From an uncultured Bacteroidales bacterium (GTDB lineage: Bacteria > Bacteroidota > Bacteroidia > Bacteroidales > UBA932): a stretch of DNA of 64,000 bases. The notes below the pieces were generated by a model, which was not told the DNA's origin, ran no database searches, and was given only the letters and a program-made list of their open reading frames with translations. The translations under genes and the position numbers were made by a program. Shown here piece by piece: positions 44,127 through 55,586 of this stretch. Where the stretch lies: positions 11,234-75,233 of the forward strand of contig ONRD01000004.1 in assembly GCA_900320185.1 (NCBI GenBank), in the 5' to 3' direction. Position 1 is the stretch's first letter, and the number at the start of each line of letters is the position of its first letter.

Positions 44127-44231
44127 ATGCATACTCTACACCCCGAAACCATCGCCCTCCATGCAGGGCAGGAGACACCGGACCGGCGCCTGACCTTCTC
44201 AGCATCCCTGCAAGACGATACCTCGCGATGA
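44127..44231 (+). pseudogene. 34-codon remnant resembling the N-terminus of O-acetylhomoserine sulfhydrylase (MetY-type PLP enzyme), ending in an ATGA overlap with metF
   Basis: It translates to MHTLHPETIALHAGQETPDRRLTFSASLQDDTSR-stop. HPETIALHAGQETPD matches the conserved ..FETLxLHAGQExPDP.. start of the MetY/MetB family (from memory). It is far too short for the enzyme, which is about 420-430 aa. Confidence 0.4.
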
Positions 44232-45187
44232 AGATTACGGACATATTCAACTCTGGCACCGGTCCCTTCCCTTCGATAGAGATAGTCCCTCCGATGAAGG
44301 GCATCTCCAAGACTGAACTGCTGGAAGACATCCGGCAGTTCATGGAGTTCAGGCCTCGTTTCATCAACGTCACCTGCCACCGCGACGAAGTGGAATACGA
44401 GCAGCGTCCCGACGGGTCCTTCCTGCGGAGGATGGTACGCAGGCGCGTCAGCGAGACCGCCGTCTGCGGAGCCATCCAGTCCGAGTTCAAGGTGGAGGTC
44501 GTGCCCCACCTGATCTGCGGAGGGGCGACTGCCGAACAGATCGGCTTCCAGCTTCAGGATTTCAAGTTCATGGGCATCTCGAACGTCCTTGCCCTGCGGG
44601 GAGACTGCCTCACCGGAGAAAGGCGCTTCACCCCAGTGCCGGGCGGCTTCAGCCACGCGAACGAACTCGTCGAGGCCATACACGGCTTCGAGAAGGAAAA
44701 CGGCTGCGAAGGTTTCTTCTGCATCGGAGTAGGAGGCTACCCCGAAAAGCATTTCGAGGCGGCAAACATCGAAGACGACATCACCTGCCTGAAGAGGAAG
44801 GTGGATGCCGGAGCCGACTACATAATCACCCAGATGTTCTTCGACAACGAGGTTTTCTACAGGTTCCGCGACCGCTGCCGCAAGGCAGGCATCACGGTGC
44901 CGCTTGTCCCCGGCCTCAAGCCGCTGTCCACCACAAGGCAGGTGCAGCTGCTGCCGGAGGCCTTCTCGATCGACATTCCCCGCAGCCTCACCAGCGACAT
45001 CGAATCGCACAGGGACGACAAGGATGCCGTCTACAAGATAGGCACCCAGTGGTGCATGGCCCAGTGCAGGGACCTCCTGGCCAACGGGGTGCCGGCCGTT
45101 CATTTCTACACCATGGGGAAAGGCTCGAACGTCATCGAAGTCCTCAGGGAGTGTTTCGGCCGGGACGGCGGCGCGGAGCGGCCGTAA
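44228..45187 (+). CDS. metF: methylenetetrahydrofolate reductase
   Basis: Start at MKITDIFNSG, giving 319 aa. The motifs ..SIEIVPP.., FINVTCH, ALRGD and GADYIITQMFFD are present. The upstream part of the listed ORF 44066.. has no MetF-like sequence. Confidence 0.85.
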   Translation: MKITDIFNSGTGPFPSIEIVPPMKGISKTELLEDIRQFMEFRPRFINVTCHRDEVEYEQRPDGSFLRRMVRRRVSETAVCGAIQSEFKVEVVPHLICGGATAEQIGFQLQDFKFMGISNVLALRGDCLTGERRFTPVPGGFSHANELVEAIHGFEKENGCEGFFCIGVGGYPEKHFEAANIEDDITCLKRKVDAGADYIITQMFFDNEVFYRFRDRCRKAGITVPLVPGLKPLSTTRQVQLLPEAFSIDIPRSLTSDIESHRDDKDAVYKIGTQWCMAQCRDLLANGVPAVHFYTMGKGSNVIEVLRECFGRDGGAERP

Positions 45188-45202
45188 GGCCCCTCCGGGA
45201 AC

Positions 45203-48709
<3,507 letters not shown>

Positions 48710-48715
48710 GAAGCC

Positions 48716-49726
48716 CTATCTCAGGGTGAAATCGACAAGTATGGGCCTGTGGTCCGAAGGATGCCAGAAATTCGAAAGTTTCTGCGGGTCCCTGACCGGT
48801 GTGGTGTAGGAATCCGAGACTACTTCCGCCGACACGACCGAGTCGAAAAGGGGCTTGGTACAGTAGAGGAAGTCGATCCTGGCCTCGCCGCCCGTGGTGG
48901 TGATGAACTTCCCGGGGCTGAGGCTGCCTATCACGTCAATGTACGGAGTGAAGCCATGGATGTAGTCATGGACCAGGAAACGGGTATCCGTGTCCGGATA
49001 CTTGTAGAAGTAGTTGTCGCGCCTGGACCTCGAATTGAAGTCCCCCATCATCATCCAGTACTGGCCGGCCGCACCGGCGACCGTCCCGATGGTATGCTCG
49101 CAGATGTACTGGATCTCCATCCTCCGGTAGAGGTCACCTTCCCTCGCCGCGCCGCTGGCCTCCCTGTCCGGGGCGCCCATCCTGTACCTCTGCGGCCATG
49201 TGTGCAGGGTCACTATGTTCAGCCGCCTGCCTCCCCTTTCGACGGCGAACCATCCGCTCCCGTGCGAGACTATGCTGTCAGGTGCCTCGCCGGTGAGGCG
49301 CGCCACCGTTTCTATCGGGTATTTCGAAGTCACGACCTGGGCATAACGGTCCCGGCGGCCGCTGAAGGCGACATATTCGTGCCCATAGCGCTTTCCAAGG
49401 TCCTGCCACAGCCCGTAGAGGTACTTGTCCGGATCGTCCGGAAGGGGATCGGCCGTACCGGTGACATAATTGGCCTGGCCTTCGCACCAGACGCAGATGT
49501 CAGGATCCTTCTCCCTGACCCATTCCACGAATCTCGAATAGTCTTCCCCCTGGCCCGACCACATTCCGTTCTGGACGTTCCAGTAGAGAAGCCGCAAGGA
49601 AGTGGGAGCCCCCCCTTCCGAGCCGGCGCCAAGGGCCTGTCCACCCTTTTGCGGACCGGCACAGCAGCAAAGAGCCAGCAAGAGGGCGGAAAGAAGAACT
49701 GACTTTGATAAATTATTCATATTCAA
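48716..49726 (-). CDS. endonuclease/exonuclease/phosphatase (EEP) family lipoprotein
   Basis: 336 aa with lipobox LALCCCAG. The EEP-type motifs LRLLYWNVQNG, GDFNS and PSDHRPILVDF are present. Confidence 0.75.
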   Translation of the reverse strand: MNMNNLSKSVLLSALLLALCCCAGPQKGGQALGAGSEGGAPTSLRLLYWNVQNGMWSGQGEDYSRFVEWVREKDPDICVWCEGQANYVTGTADPLPDDPDKYLYGLWQDLGKRYGHEYVAFSGRRDRYAQVVTSKYPIETVARLTGEAPDSIVSHGSGWFAVERGGRRLNIVTLHTWPQRYRMGAPDREASGAAREGDLYRRMEIQYICEHTIGTVAGAAGQYWMMMGDFNSRSRRDNYFYKYPDTDTRFLVHDYIHGFTPYIDVIGSLSPGKFITTTGGEARIDFLYCTKPLFDSVVSAEVVSDSYTTPVRDPQKLSNFWHPSDHRPILVDFTLR

Positions 49727-49837
49727 CAGATGGAACTATTTTGTTTATATCTATAACATTTTTGTTAATGCCGAATCCGCCCCAAAACGGGGCTTCACAA
49801 AGATACCCAATTGGTTGGAATATTCCGAGACTTTGCC

Positions 49838-49845
49838 TACTTTTG
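49838..49845 (+). promoter_or_regulatory. candidate -7 box TACTTTTG
   Basis: An exact TAnnTTTG match in the divergent spacer 49727..49913, 68 nt upstream of the ATG at 49914. Confidence 0.35.
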
Positions 49846-49913
49846 TCTGTTTAATGGAACGGACTGTAATCCGTAGACGCAGACACAGAAGCAAACCATG
49901 TAATAATAACGAT

Positions 49914-50756
49914 ATGTTCAGGATACTTGAAAGAAAGATGCTGACACCGAACATCTGCAAGATGGTGGTGGAAGCTCCGAGGATTGCCAAGGCAGCCCAG
50001 CCCGGGCAGTTCCTGATAGTCAGGGCAGACGAGAAAGGTGAAAGGATCCCCCTGACGATCAGCGACTACGACCGTGAGAAAGGTCTGGTAACGATCGTCA
50101 CCCAGCTGATCGGGGCTTCCTCGGCGGCGATAATCGCCAAGGAAGAAGGAGAGTTCTTCGCCGACGTGGTAGGCCCCCTCGGGAACCCTTCGGCCTTCGT
50201 GCACGCAAGCGAGGACGAGCTGAAGGGACGCAGGTACATATTCATTGCCGGCGGAGTCGGGACAGCCCCCGTCTATCCCCAGGCCAAGTGGCTGCATGAC
50301 AGGGGTATTGCCGTGGATGTCATCATCGGCGCCAGGAACAAGGACCTCTTCATCTACACGGACGAGATCGCTTCGGCATGCGACAACCTTTACCTCTGCA
50401 CCGACGACGGAAGCGCAGGCTTCCACGGAGTGGGCACCGCCTGCCTCGAAAAACTGGTCGCGGAAGGAAAGTCCTACACCCATGCTGTGGCGATCGGCCC
50501 AATGGTCATGATGAAATTTGCCACACTGACATGCAAGAAGCTCGGCATCCCCGAAGACGTCAGCCTCAACATGCTGATGGTGGACGGGACCGGAATGTGC
50601 GGAGCCTGCCGGGTCACCGTGGCCGGGAAGACAAGGTTCGCCTGCGTCGACGGCCCCGAATTCAACGGTTACGATGTCGATTTCGACGAGGCGATGCGCC
50701 GGTTGGGCCAGTACAAGGAAGAAGAAGCGGAGCAGAAAGCTAAATACGTTGGATAA
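49914..50756 (+). CDS. sulfide/dihydroorotate dehydrogenase-like FAD/NAD-binding protein (NfnA-like small subunit)
   Basis: Start at MFRILERKMLTPNI, giving 280 aa. It has a ferredoxin-reductase-type fold with a C-terminal [2Fe-2S] motif (DGTGMCGACRV..FACVDGPEF). Confidence 0.8.
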   Translation: MFRILERKMLTPNICKMVVEAPRIAKAAQPGQFLIVRADEKGERIPLTISDYDREKGLVTIVTQLIGASSAAIIAKEEGEFFADVVGPLGNPSAFVHASEDELKGRRYIFIAGGVGTAPVYPQAKWLHDRGIAVDVIIGARNKDLFIYTDEIASACDNLYLCTDDGSAGFHGVGTACLEKLVAEGKSYTHAVAIGPMVMMKFATLTCKKLGIPEDVSLNMLMVDGTGMCGACRVTVAGKTRFACVDGPEFNGYDVDFDEAMRRLGQYKEEEAEQKAKYVG

Positions 50757-50757
50757 T

Positions 50758-52149
50758 ATGGCAGAAAGAATACCCCGAGTACCCGTCAGGGAGCAGGATC
50801 CCAAGGTACGTGCACATAATTTCGAAGAGGTCTGCTACGGCTACAACCTCGAAGAGGCCACCCTGGAATCCTCCAGGTGCCTTCACTGCAAGAATCCCCG
50901 CTGCGTGGGCGCCTGCCCCGTGGGGATCGACATCCCCGGTTTCATAGCAAAGGTCAAGGAAGGGGACATCGCAGGAGCCGCCGCCGTGATAGCTAAGGAT
51001 TCCTCGCTTCCGGCCGTCTGCGGCCGCGTGTGCCCTCAGGAAAGCCAGTGCGAGGGAAGCTGCGTCCTCGGCGTGAAGGGCGAGCCTGTCGCGATAGGCA
51101 AGCTTGAGCGCTTCGTAGCCGACCATGCAGGGCCCGCCGAAGTCAAGGCTGCTCCCGCAGGGTCAGCCCGCAAGGTCGCCGTCATAGGCTCCGGTCCTTC
51201 CGGTCTCGCCTGCGCATCCGACCTTGCGAAGAAGGGATACGATGTCACCATCTTCGAAGCCCTTCACAAGGCAGGCGGAGTCCTGGAATACGGAATCCCC
51301 GAGTTCAGGCTTCCTAAAGACACCGTCCTCAAGCGGGAGATCGACTCGGTGAAAGCCCTTGGAGTGAAGATCGAGACGGACGTGATCGTAGGAAGGACCG
51401 TCACCATCGACAGCCTTATGGAAGACGAAGGCTTCGAAGCCGTGTTCGTGGGCACAGGCGCCGGACTCCCCCGCTTCATGGGGATCCCCGGAGAAAACCT
51501 CAACGGAGTGTTCTCCGCCAACGAATTCCTCACCAGGAACAACCTGATGAAGGCTTTCCGGGAGGATTACCTCACCCCCATACACGCCGGAAGGAAATGC
51601 TGCGTGGTCGGAGGCGGGAACGTAGCCATGGATGCCGCCAGGACCGCCCTGAGGCTCGGAGCAGACACCACGATCATCTACAGGAGGACGGAAGTGGAAC
51701 TTCCCGCCCGCAAGGAGGAGGTCCACCATGCCAAGGAAGAAGGCATAGAGTTCAGGATGCTGACCAACCCCGTCGAGATCCTCGGGGACGAGAAAGGCTG
51801 GGTAAGGGCCGTACGCTGCATCCGCATGGAGCTCGGCGAGCCCGACGAGAGCGGACGCCGTTCCCCCGTCCCGATTCCCGGATCGGAGTTCGAGATCGAG
51901 ACCGACACCGTGATCATGGCCCTGGGAACATCTCCCAACCCCTTGATAGTCAACACTACGGAAGGCCTGCAGGCGACCCGCAGGGGCGGGCTTGCAGCCG
52001 ACCCTGAAGGAAGGACCACGCGCGAGGGTATCTTCGCCGGCGGAGACGCAGTCACCGGAGCCGCCACCGTGATTCTGGCAATGGGAGCCGGCCGGAAGGC
52101 AGCAGCAGCCATCGACGGATACCTCCGGGGAAAGGACGGCAATTCCTGA
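50758..52149 (+). CDS. NADPH-dependent glutamate synthase small-chain homologue (GltD/NfnB-like)
   Basis: Start at MAERIPRVPVREQDP, 1 nt after the preceding stop, giving 463 aa. It has Cys clusters (CLHCKNPRCVGACP, CGRVCPQESQCEGSC) and dinucleotide folds (VIGSGPSGLACA, VVGGGNVAMDAAR). Confidence 0.85.
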   Translation: MAERIPRVPVREQDPKVRAHNFEEVCYGYNLEEATLESSRCLHCKNPRCVGACPVGIDIPGFIAKVKEGDIAGAAAVIAKDSSLPAVCGRVCPQESQCEGSCVLGVKGEPVAIGKLERFVADHAGPAEVKAAPAGSARKVAVIGSGPSGLACASDLAKKGYDVTIFEALHKAGGVLEYGIPEFRLPKDTVLKREIDSVKALGVKIETDVIVGRTVTIDSLMEDEGFEAVFVGTGAGLPRFMGIPGENLNGVFSANEFLTRNNLMKAFREDYLTPIHAGRKCCVVGGGNVAMDAARTALRLGADTTIIYRRTEVELPARKEEVHHAKEEGIEFRMLTNPVEILGDEKGWVRAVRCIRMELGEPDESGRRSPVPIPGSEFEIETDTVIMALGTSPNPLIVNTTEGLQATRRGGLAADPEGRTTREGIFAGGDAVTGAATVILAMGAGRKAAAAIDGYLRGKDGNS

Positions 52150-52198
52150 CGCCCGCTCCCCCTACGAAGATACGATCCTGTCTAAAGAGTAAAAGACC

Positions 52199-53170
52199 AT
52201 GAAATATCCTGTCCTTGCGATAATGCCCCTCCTCCTGCTTCCGCTTGCACTTGGCTGCGGGGGCAAGGTCCAGCCTGCCGGCGGGAAGGACGAGCCGCAG
52301 GAGAAGCCTGCAGAGACCGTTCTCTACGAATGCTTCTCAGATCCGAAGATGGAAAACGGAGTGTGGCTCCTGTCCCCGAAGGAAGGGAAACGTGTTCCCG
52401 TGGAGGTCCTGCGGCTCGGGAAAGGTACGGCCGACCCTTCATGGGACCTCTGCCAGTGGAACAATTCCCACAGCCTCGCCGGCTGCGAAGCCGCCGTCAC
52501 GCAGTACGGGACGACCTACTCCAACGGGGTCCACACCTTCGCACGGAACGATGACGGAGAGTTCACCATGATACTGGACTCTTCCCAGGAATATGACTCC
52601 CCAAGGAAGGACGGACAGCCCTGGTGCCACCTGCTTGTGCAAAGCAGTTTCAACAGGATCCCCCTGAAAGGGATGAAAACCCTTGAACTTACTTTCGACG
52701 AACGGCTCCTGAAGGTCGAGAATCTCATGGGGGCCGACTTCAACCCAAGCCTGCACACAGCCCAGGCCCTGTTCTATTTCAGCATAGCCGACGTCTCTGC
52801 ATCTTCCGCGTGGAGGAACAAGAGCATCTGGCTCGGGGTGTCGGCATGGGATTACCGTTCCGGACTCACCAAGGAGCCCCAGGTCAGCTTCGACAAGGGA
52901 ACCGCAACCTACATCTACCAGATGGCAAGTGAACGGACGTTCTCCGGGGCGGACCTGCAGGACGGCAGGTGGCACACCTGCAAGGTGAACGTGCTGAAGG
53001 CCGTGAAGGATGCCGTCAGCGCGCTCAAGGACAAGGGAGAGTTCACAGATGCCACCATGGATGACTTCTGCCTGTCCGAGATGAATTTCGGGTGGGAGAT
53101 GCCAGGTTCCTTCTACGGAGCCCTCCAGGTAAGGGATTTCTCCCTGAAGACAGACAAGAAGATTAAATGA
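52199..53170 (+). CDS. lipoprotein of unknown function
   Basis: 323 aa with lipobox LALGCGG, Trp-rich and beta-rich. No family recognised. Confidence 0.5.
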   Translation: MKYPVLAIMPLLLLPLALGCGGKVQPAGGKDEPQEKPAETVLYECFSDPKMENGVWLLSPKEGKRVPVEVLRLGKGTADPSWDLCQWNNSHSLAGCEAAVTQYGTTYSNGVHTFARNDDGEFTMILDSSQEYDSPRKDGQPWCHLLVQSSFNRIPLKGMKTLELTFDERLLKVENLMGADFNPSLHTAQALFYFSIADVSASSAWRNKSIWLGVSAWDYRSGLTKEPQVSFDKGTATYIYQMASERTFSGADLQDGRWHTCKVNVLKAVKDAVSALKDKGEFTDATMDDFCLSEMNFGWEMPGSFYGALQVRDFSLKTDKKIK

Positions 53171-53180
53171 CAGGCAACCT

Positions 53181-53957
53181 ATGGTACTGTTCCTGATCGC
53201 GGCCCTGGCGCCAGCCCTCATCCTTTTCTACTTCGTGTACCACAAGGACACGCAGCCGGAACCCACACGCATCGTGGTCAAGGGTTTCTTCTTCGGTGTG
53301 CTGTCAGCCTTCTTGGCCATCATGGCGGACTCCCTGATCATCAAGACCGGCGTCTACACCGAGACTCCGGCCAGCCTGGGCGAAGCCATCAGGCTGTCCT
53401 TCCTCGGTGCGGCCATCCCCGAAGAATGCGCCAAACTGCTGATGCTCTGGCTGCTGCTGCGCAACTGCCAGGCCTTTGACGAACGCTACGACGGGATCGT
53501 CTATTCCACTGCCGTCGGCCTCGGATTCGCAGGATTCGAGAACCTTGGCTACCTTGCCCAGGCCGGTCCCCAATGGATGGGCGTTGCCTTCTCGAGGGCC
53601 CTGTTCGCCGTTCCGGGGCATTTCGCCTTCGCCGTGGTCATGGGTTACTACTATTCCCAGTACCACTTCAAGAAAGACAAGGGGGCGATGATAAAGATGC
53701 TCCTCTACCCTGTCCTTCTCCACGGAGTGTACGACACTCTCTGCTTTACCATGGAGTCAGCCGCCAGCAAGGAGGGCCTGGCCACCCTGCTGGTCTTCGC
53801 CCTGCTGGTCTTCTTCTGCGTCAAGCTGTTCGGCTACACGCGCAGGAAGATCCTTTCGGAGGCGAAGTCCAACGAATACTACGGTTCTCCCGACAAGGTG
53901 GAAAGGAACGGCTACGACGTCAACCGGGACTGGACCGACAAGCCGGAAGAACAATAG
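53181..53957 (+). CDS. PrsW-family intramembrane metalloprotease
   Basis: 258 aa, polytopic membrane protein with the motifs AAIPEECAKLL and ..VPGHFAFAVVMGYYY.., as in the PrsW family. Confidence 0.75.
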   Translation: MVLFLIAALAPALILFYFVYHKDTQPEPTRIVVKGFFFGVLSAFLAIMADSLIIKTGVYTETPASLGEAIRLSFLGAAIPEECAKLLMLWLLLRNCQAFDERYDGIVYSTAVGLGFAGFENLGYLAQAGPQWMGVAFSRALFAVPGHFAFAVVMGYYYSQYHFKKDKGAMIKMLLYPVLLHGVYDTLCFTMESAASKEGLATLLVFALLVFFCVKLFGYTRRKILSEAKSNEYYGSPDKVERNGYDVNRDWTDKPEEQ

Positions 53958-53966
53958 GACAGGGAC

Positions 53967-54338
53967 ATGCCAAGGACAGTTTCCATAATTGCATCCATGA
54001 TGGCGATGGCGATGCTGCTTTTCACGACGGCAGTACCACACCATCACCACGATGCCATGATCTGCCTTGCGCATGAAACCTGCCAGCTGGACGGATGCGA
54101 CAATGACGAGCACACAGGCCACTCCGGCGAGGAGGGCGAGGAGGAAGACGGCCACTGTGTCGCCCACCAGAAGTATTTCCCCTCAGATGAACTGAGGATC
54201 TTCATGGTCGCCGTACCCGTCGCATATTTCCCGGCAATAACCTTCCTGGCAGGCACCTCCGGCCATGTGTCCGCCAGTCTCCACAGGCCGGAACCTCTTT
54301 CCTCCCCGCCTATCCTGAGCTGGAGGCTGAACTGCTGA
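53967..54338 (+). CDS. small membrane-anchored His/Cys/acid-rich protein, putative metal-binding, upstream of the RND efflux genes
   Basis: 123 aa. An N-terminal hydrophobic segment is followed by PHHHHDAMICLAHETCQLDGCDNDEHTGHSGEEGEEEDGHCVAH. Confidence 0.5.
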   Translation: MPRTVSIIASMMAMAMLLFTTAVPHHHHDAMICLAHETCQLDGCDNDEHTGHSGEEGEEEDGHCVAHQKYFPSDELRIFMVAVPVAYFPAITFLAGTSGHVSASLHRPEPLSSPPILSWRLNC

Positions 54339-54427
54339 CAACCGTACTGCTACTATGTGCCTTCCCCTCTCCATCGGGGGGAAGCAGAAGCATATCATAC
54401 GGTTAACGATCATTCAGTTCAGTTACA

Positions 54428-55582
54428 ATGAAAAAAAGCATATTGATAATAATGGCATCCTGCGCAGTCCTTTTCGGCTGCGGCAGCCACGGGCATGACT
54501 CAGGCCATGAGCACGAACATGAGCATGAACATGAAGAAGAGCACGCCCACGAAGGACATTCGCATGCCGGGGAGACAGTCATGGACACCCACAGGCAGGA
54601 AGAACTCGGAGTCTCGACATGGACGGTGGAGCCCGGTGAGTTCAGCGAGGTCATACACACCAGTGGACAGATTGCCTCCGCCATCGGGGACGAGACCACG
54701 GTGGTGGCCAGGACATCCGGCATTGTAAGCCTCGGAAGGCTGACAGAGGGCGCCGCCATCGGAAAGGGGGCCGTCATAGCCACCGTCTCATCCAGGGACA
54801 TCGGTTCCGGAGACCAGCTGGCAAAGGCACGTTCGACCTATGAAAACGCCCTCAAGGAATATGAACGGGACCTTCAACTGAGGGAAGACAACATCGTCAG
54901 TGAAAGCCATCTTGACAAGAGCAAGCTGGCATATGAAATTGCAAAGGCCGAATACGATGCCCTCGGTGGCGGCTCTCCCTCCTCCGGCGTCACCGTGACC
55001 TCTCCGCTGGGGGGCTTCGTCAAGAAACTGTACGTCCGCCAGGGAGACTATGTCGAGACCGGACAGCCTTTGGCCACGGTAAGCCAGAACAGAAGGCTCT
55101 CCCTTCGCGCGGATGTACCGGAAAAGGACTACGGCATGGTCGGATTGGTCACCGATGCCAATTTCAAGACGGCTTCAAGCAGCTCCACATACTCGCTAAG
55201 CGAGCTTGGAGGCCGCCTGGTAAGTTATGGCAGAACTTCAAGTGAAGACTTTTATATTCCTGTAACATTTGAGTTTGACAACAAAGGAGACATCGTTCCG
55301 GGTTCCTACGTGGAAGTATTCCTCAAGACCACTCCCCTGCAATCTTGCATCACGGTCCCCGTCGAAGCAGTAATGGAAGACCAGGGAGTCCGCTACGTGT
55401 TCGTCCGGCACGAGAGCGATTCATTCCTCCGCAGGGAAGTCGAAGTCGGGACATCGGACGGCAGGAAGGTCCTCGTCAGGAAAGGGCTGGAAGCCGGAGA
55501 CGAGGTAGTAGTCAGCGGAGCCGTCCATGTCAAGCTGGCATCGGTCACCGCCGTACCTTCAGGTCACACCCACAACCACTAG
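54428..55582 (+). CDS. efflux RND periplasmic adaptor subunit (CzcB/CusB-like) with a His-rich N-terminus
   Basis: 384 aa with lipobox LFGCGS. The His-rich stretch HGHDSGHEHEHEHEHEEEHAHEGHSHAGE is followed by membrane-fusion-protein-type lipoyl and beta-barrel segments. Confidence 0.8.
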   Translation: MKKSILIIMASCAVLFGCGSHGHDSGHEHEHEHEHEEEHAHEGHSHAGETVMDTHRQEELGVSTWTVEPGEFSEVIHTSGQIASAIGDETTVVARTSGIVSLGRLTEGAAIGKGAVIATVSSRDIGSGDQLAKARSTYENALKEYERDLQLREDNIVSESHLDKSKLAYEIAKAEYDALGGGSPSSGVTVTSPLGGFVKKLYVRQGDYVETGQPLATVSQNRRLSLRADVPEKDYGMVGLVTDANFKTASSSSTYSLSELGGRLVSYGRTSSEDFYIPVTFEFDNKGDIVPGSYVEVFLKTTPLQSCITVPVEAVMEDQGVRYVFVRHESDSFLRREVEVGTSDGRKVLVRKGLEAGDEVVVSGAVHVKLASVTAVPSGHTHNH

Positions 55583-55586
55583 GACC

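Noticed and set aside
43960-44227. Possible SAM or cobalamin riboswitch upstream of metF-metH, including a CAGGAGAC string that resembles part of a B12 box.
   Set aside because: I could not find the SAM-I core motifs or a full B12 box with its flanking helices. The CAGGAGAC string lies inside the metY-like relic, where it encodes ..GQET... An Infernal scan would be needed to settle this.
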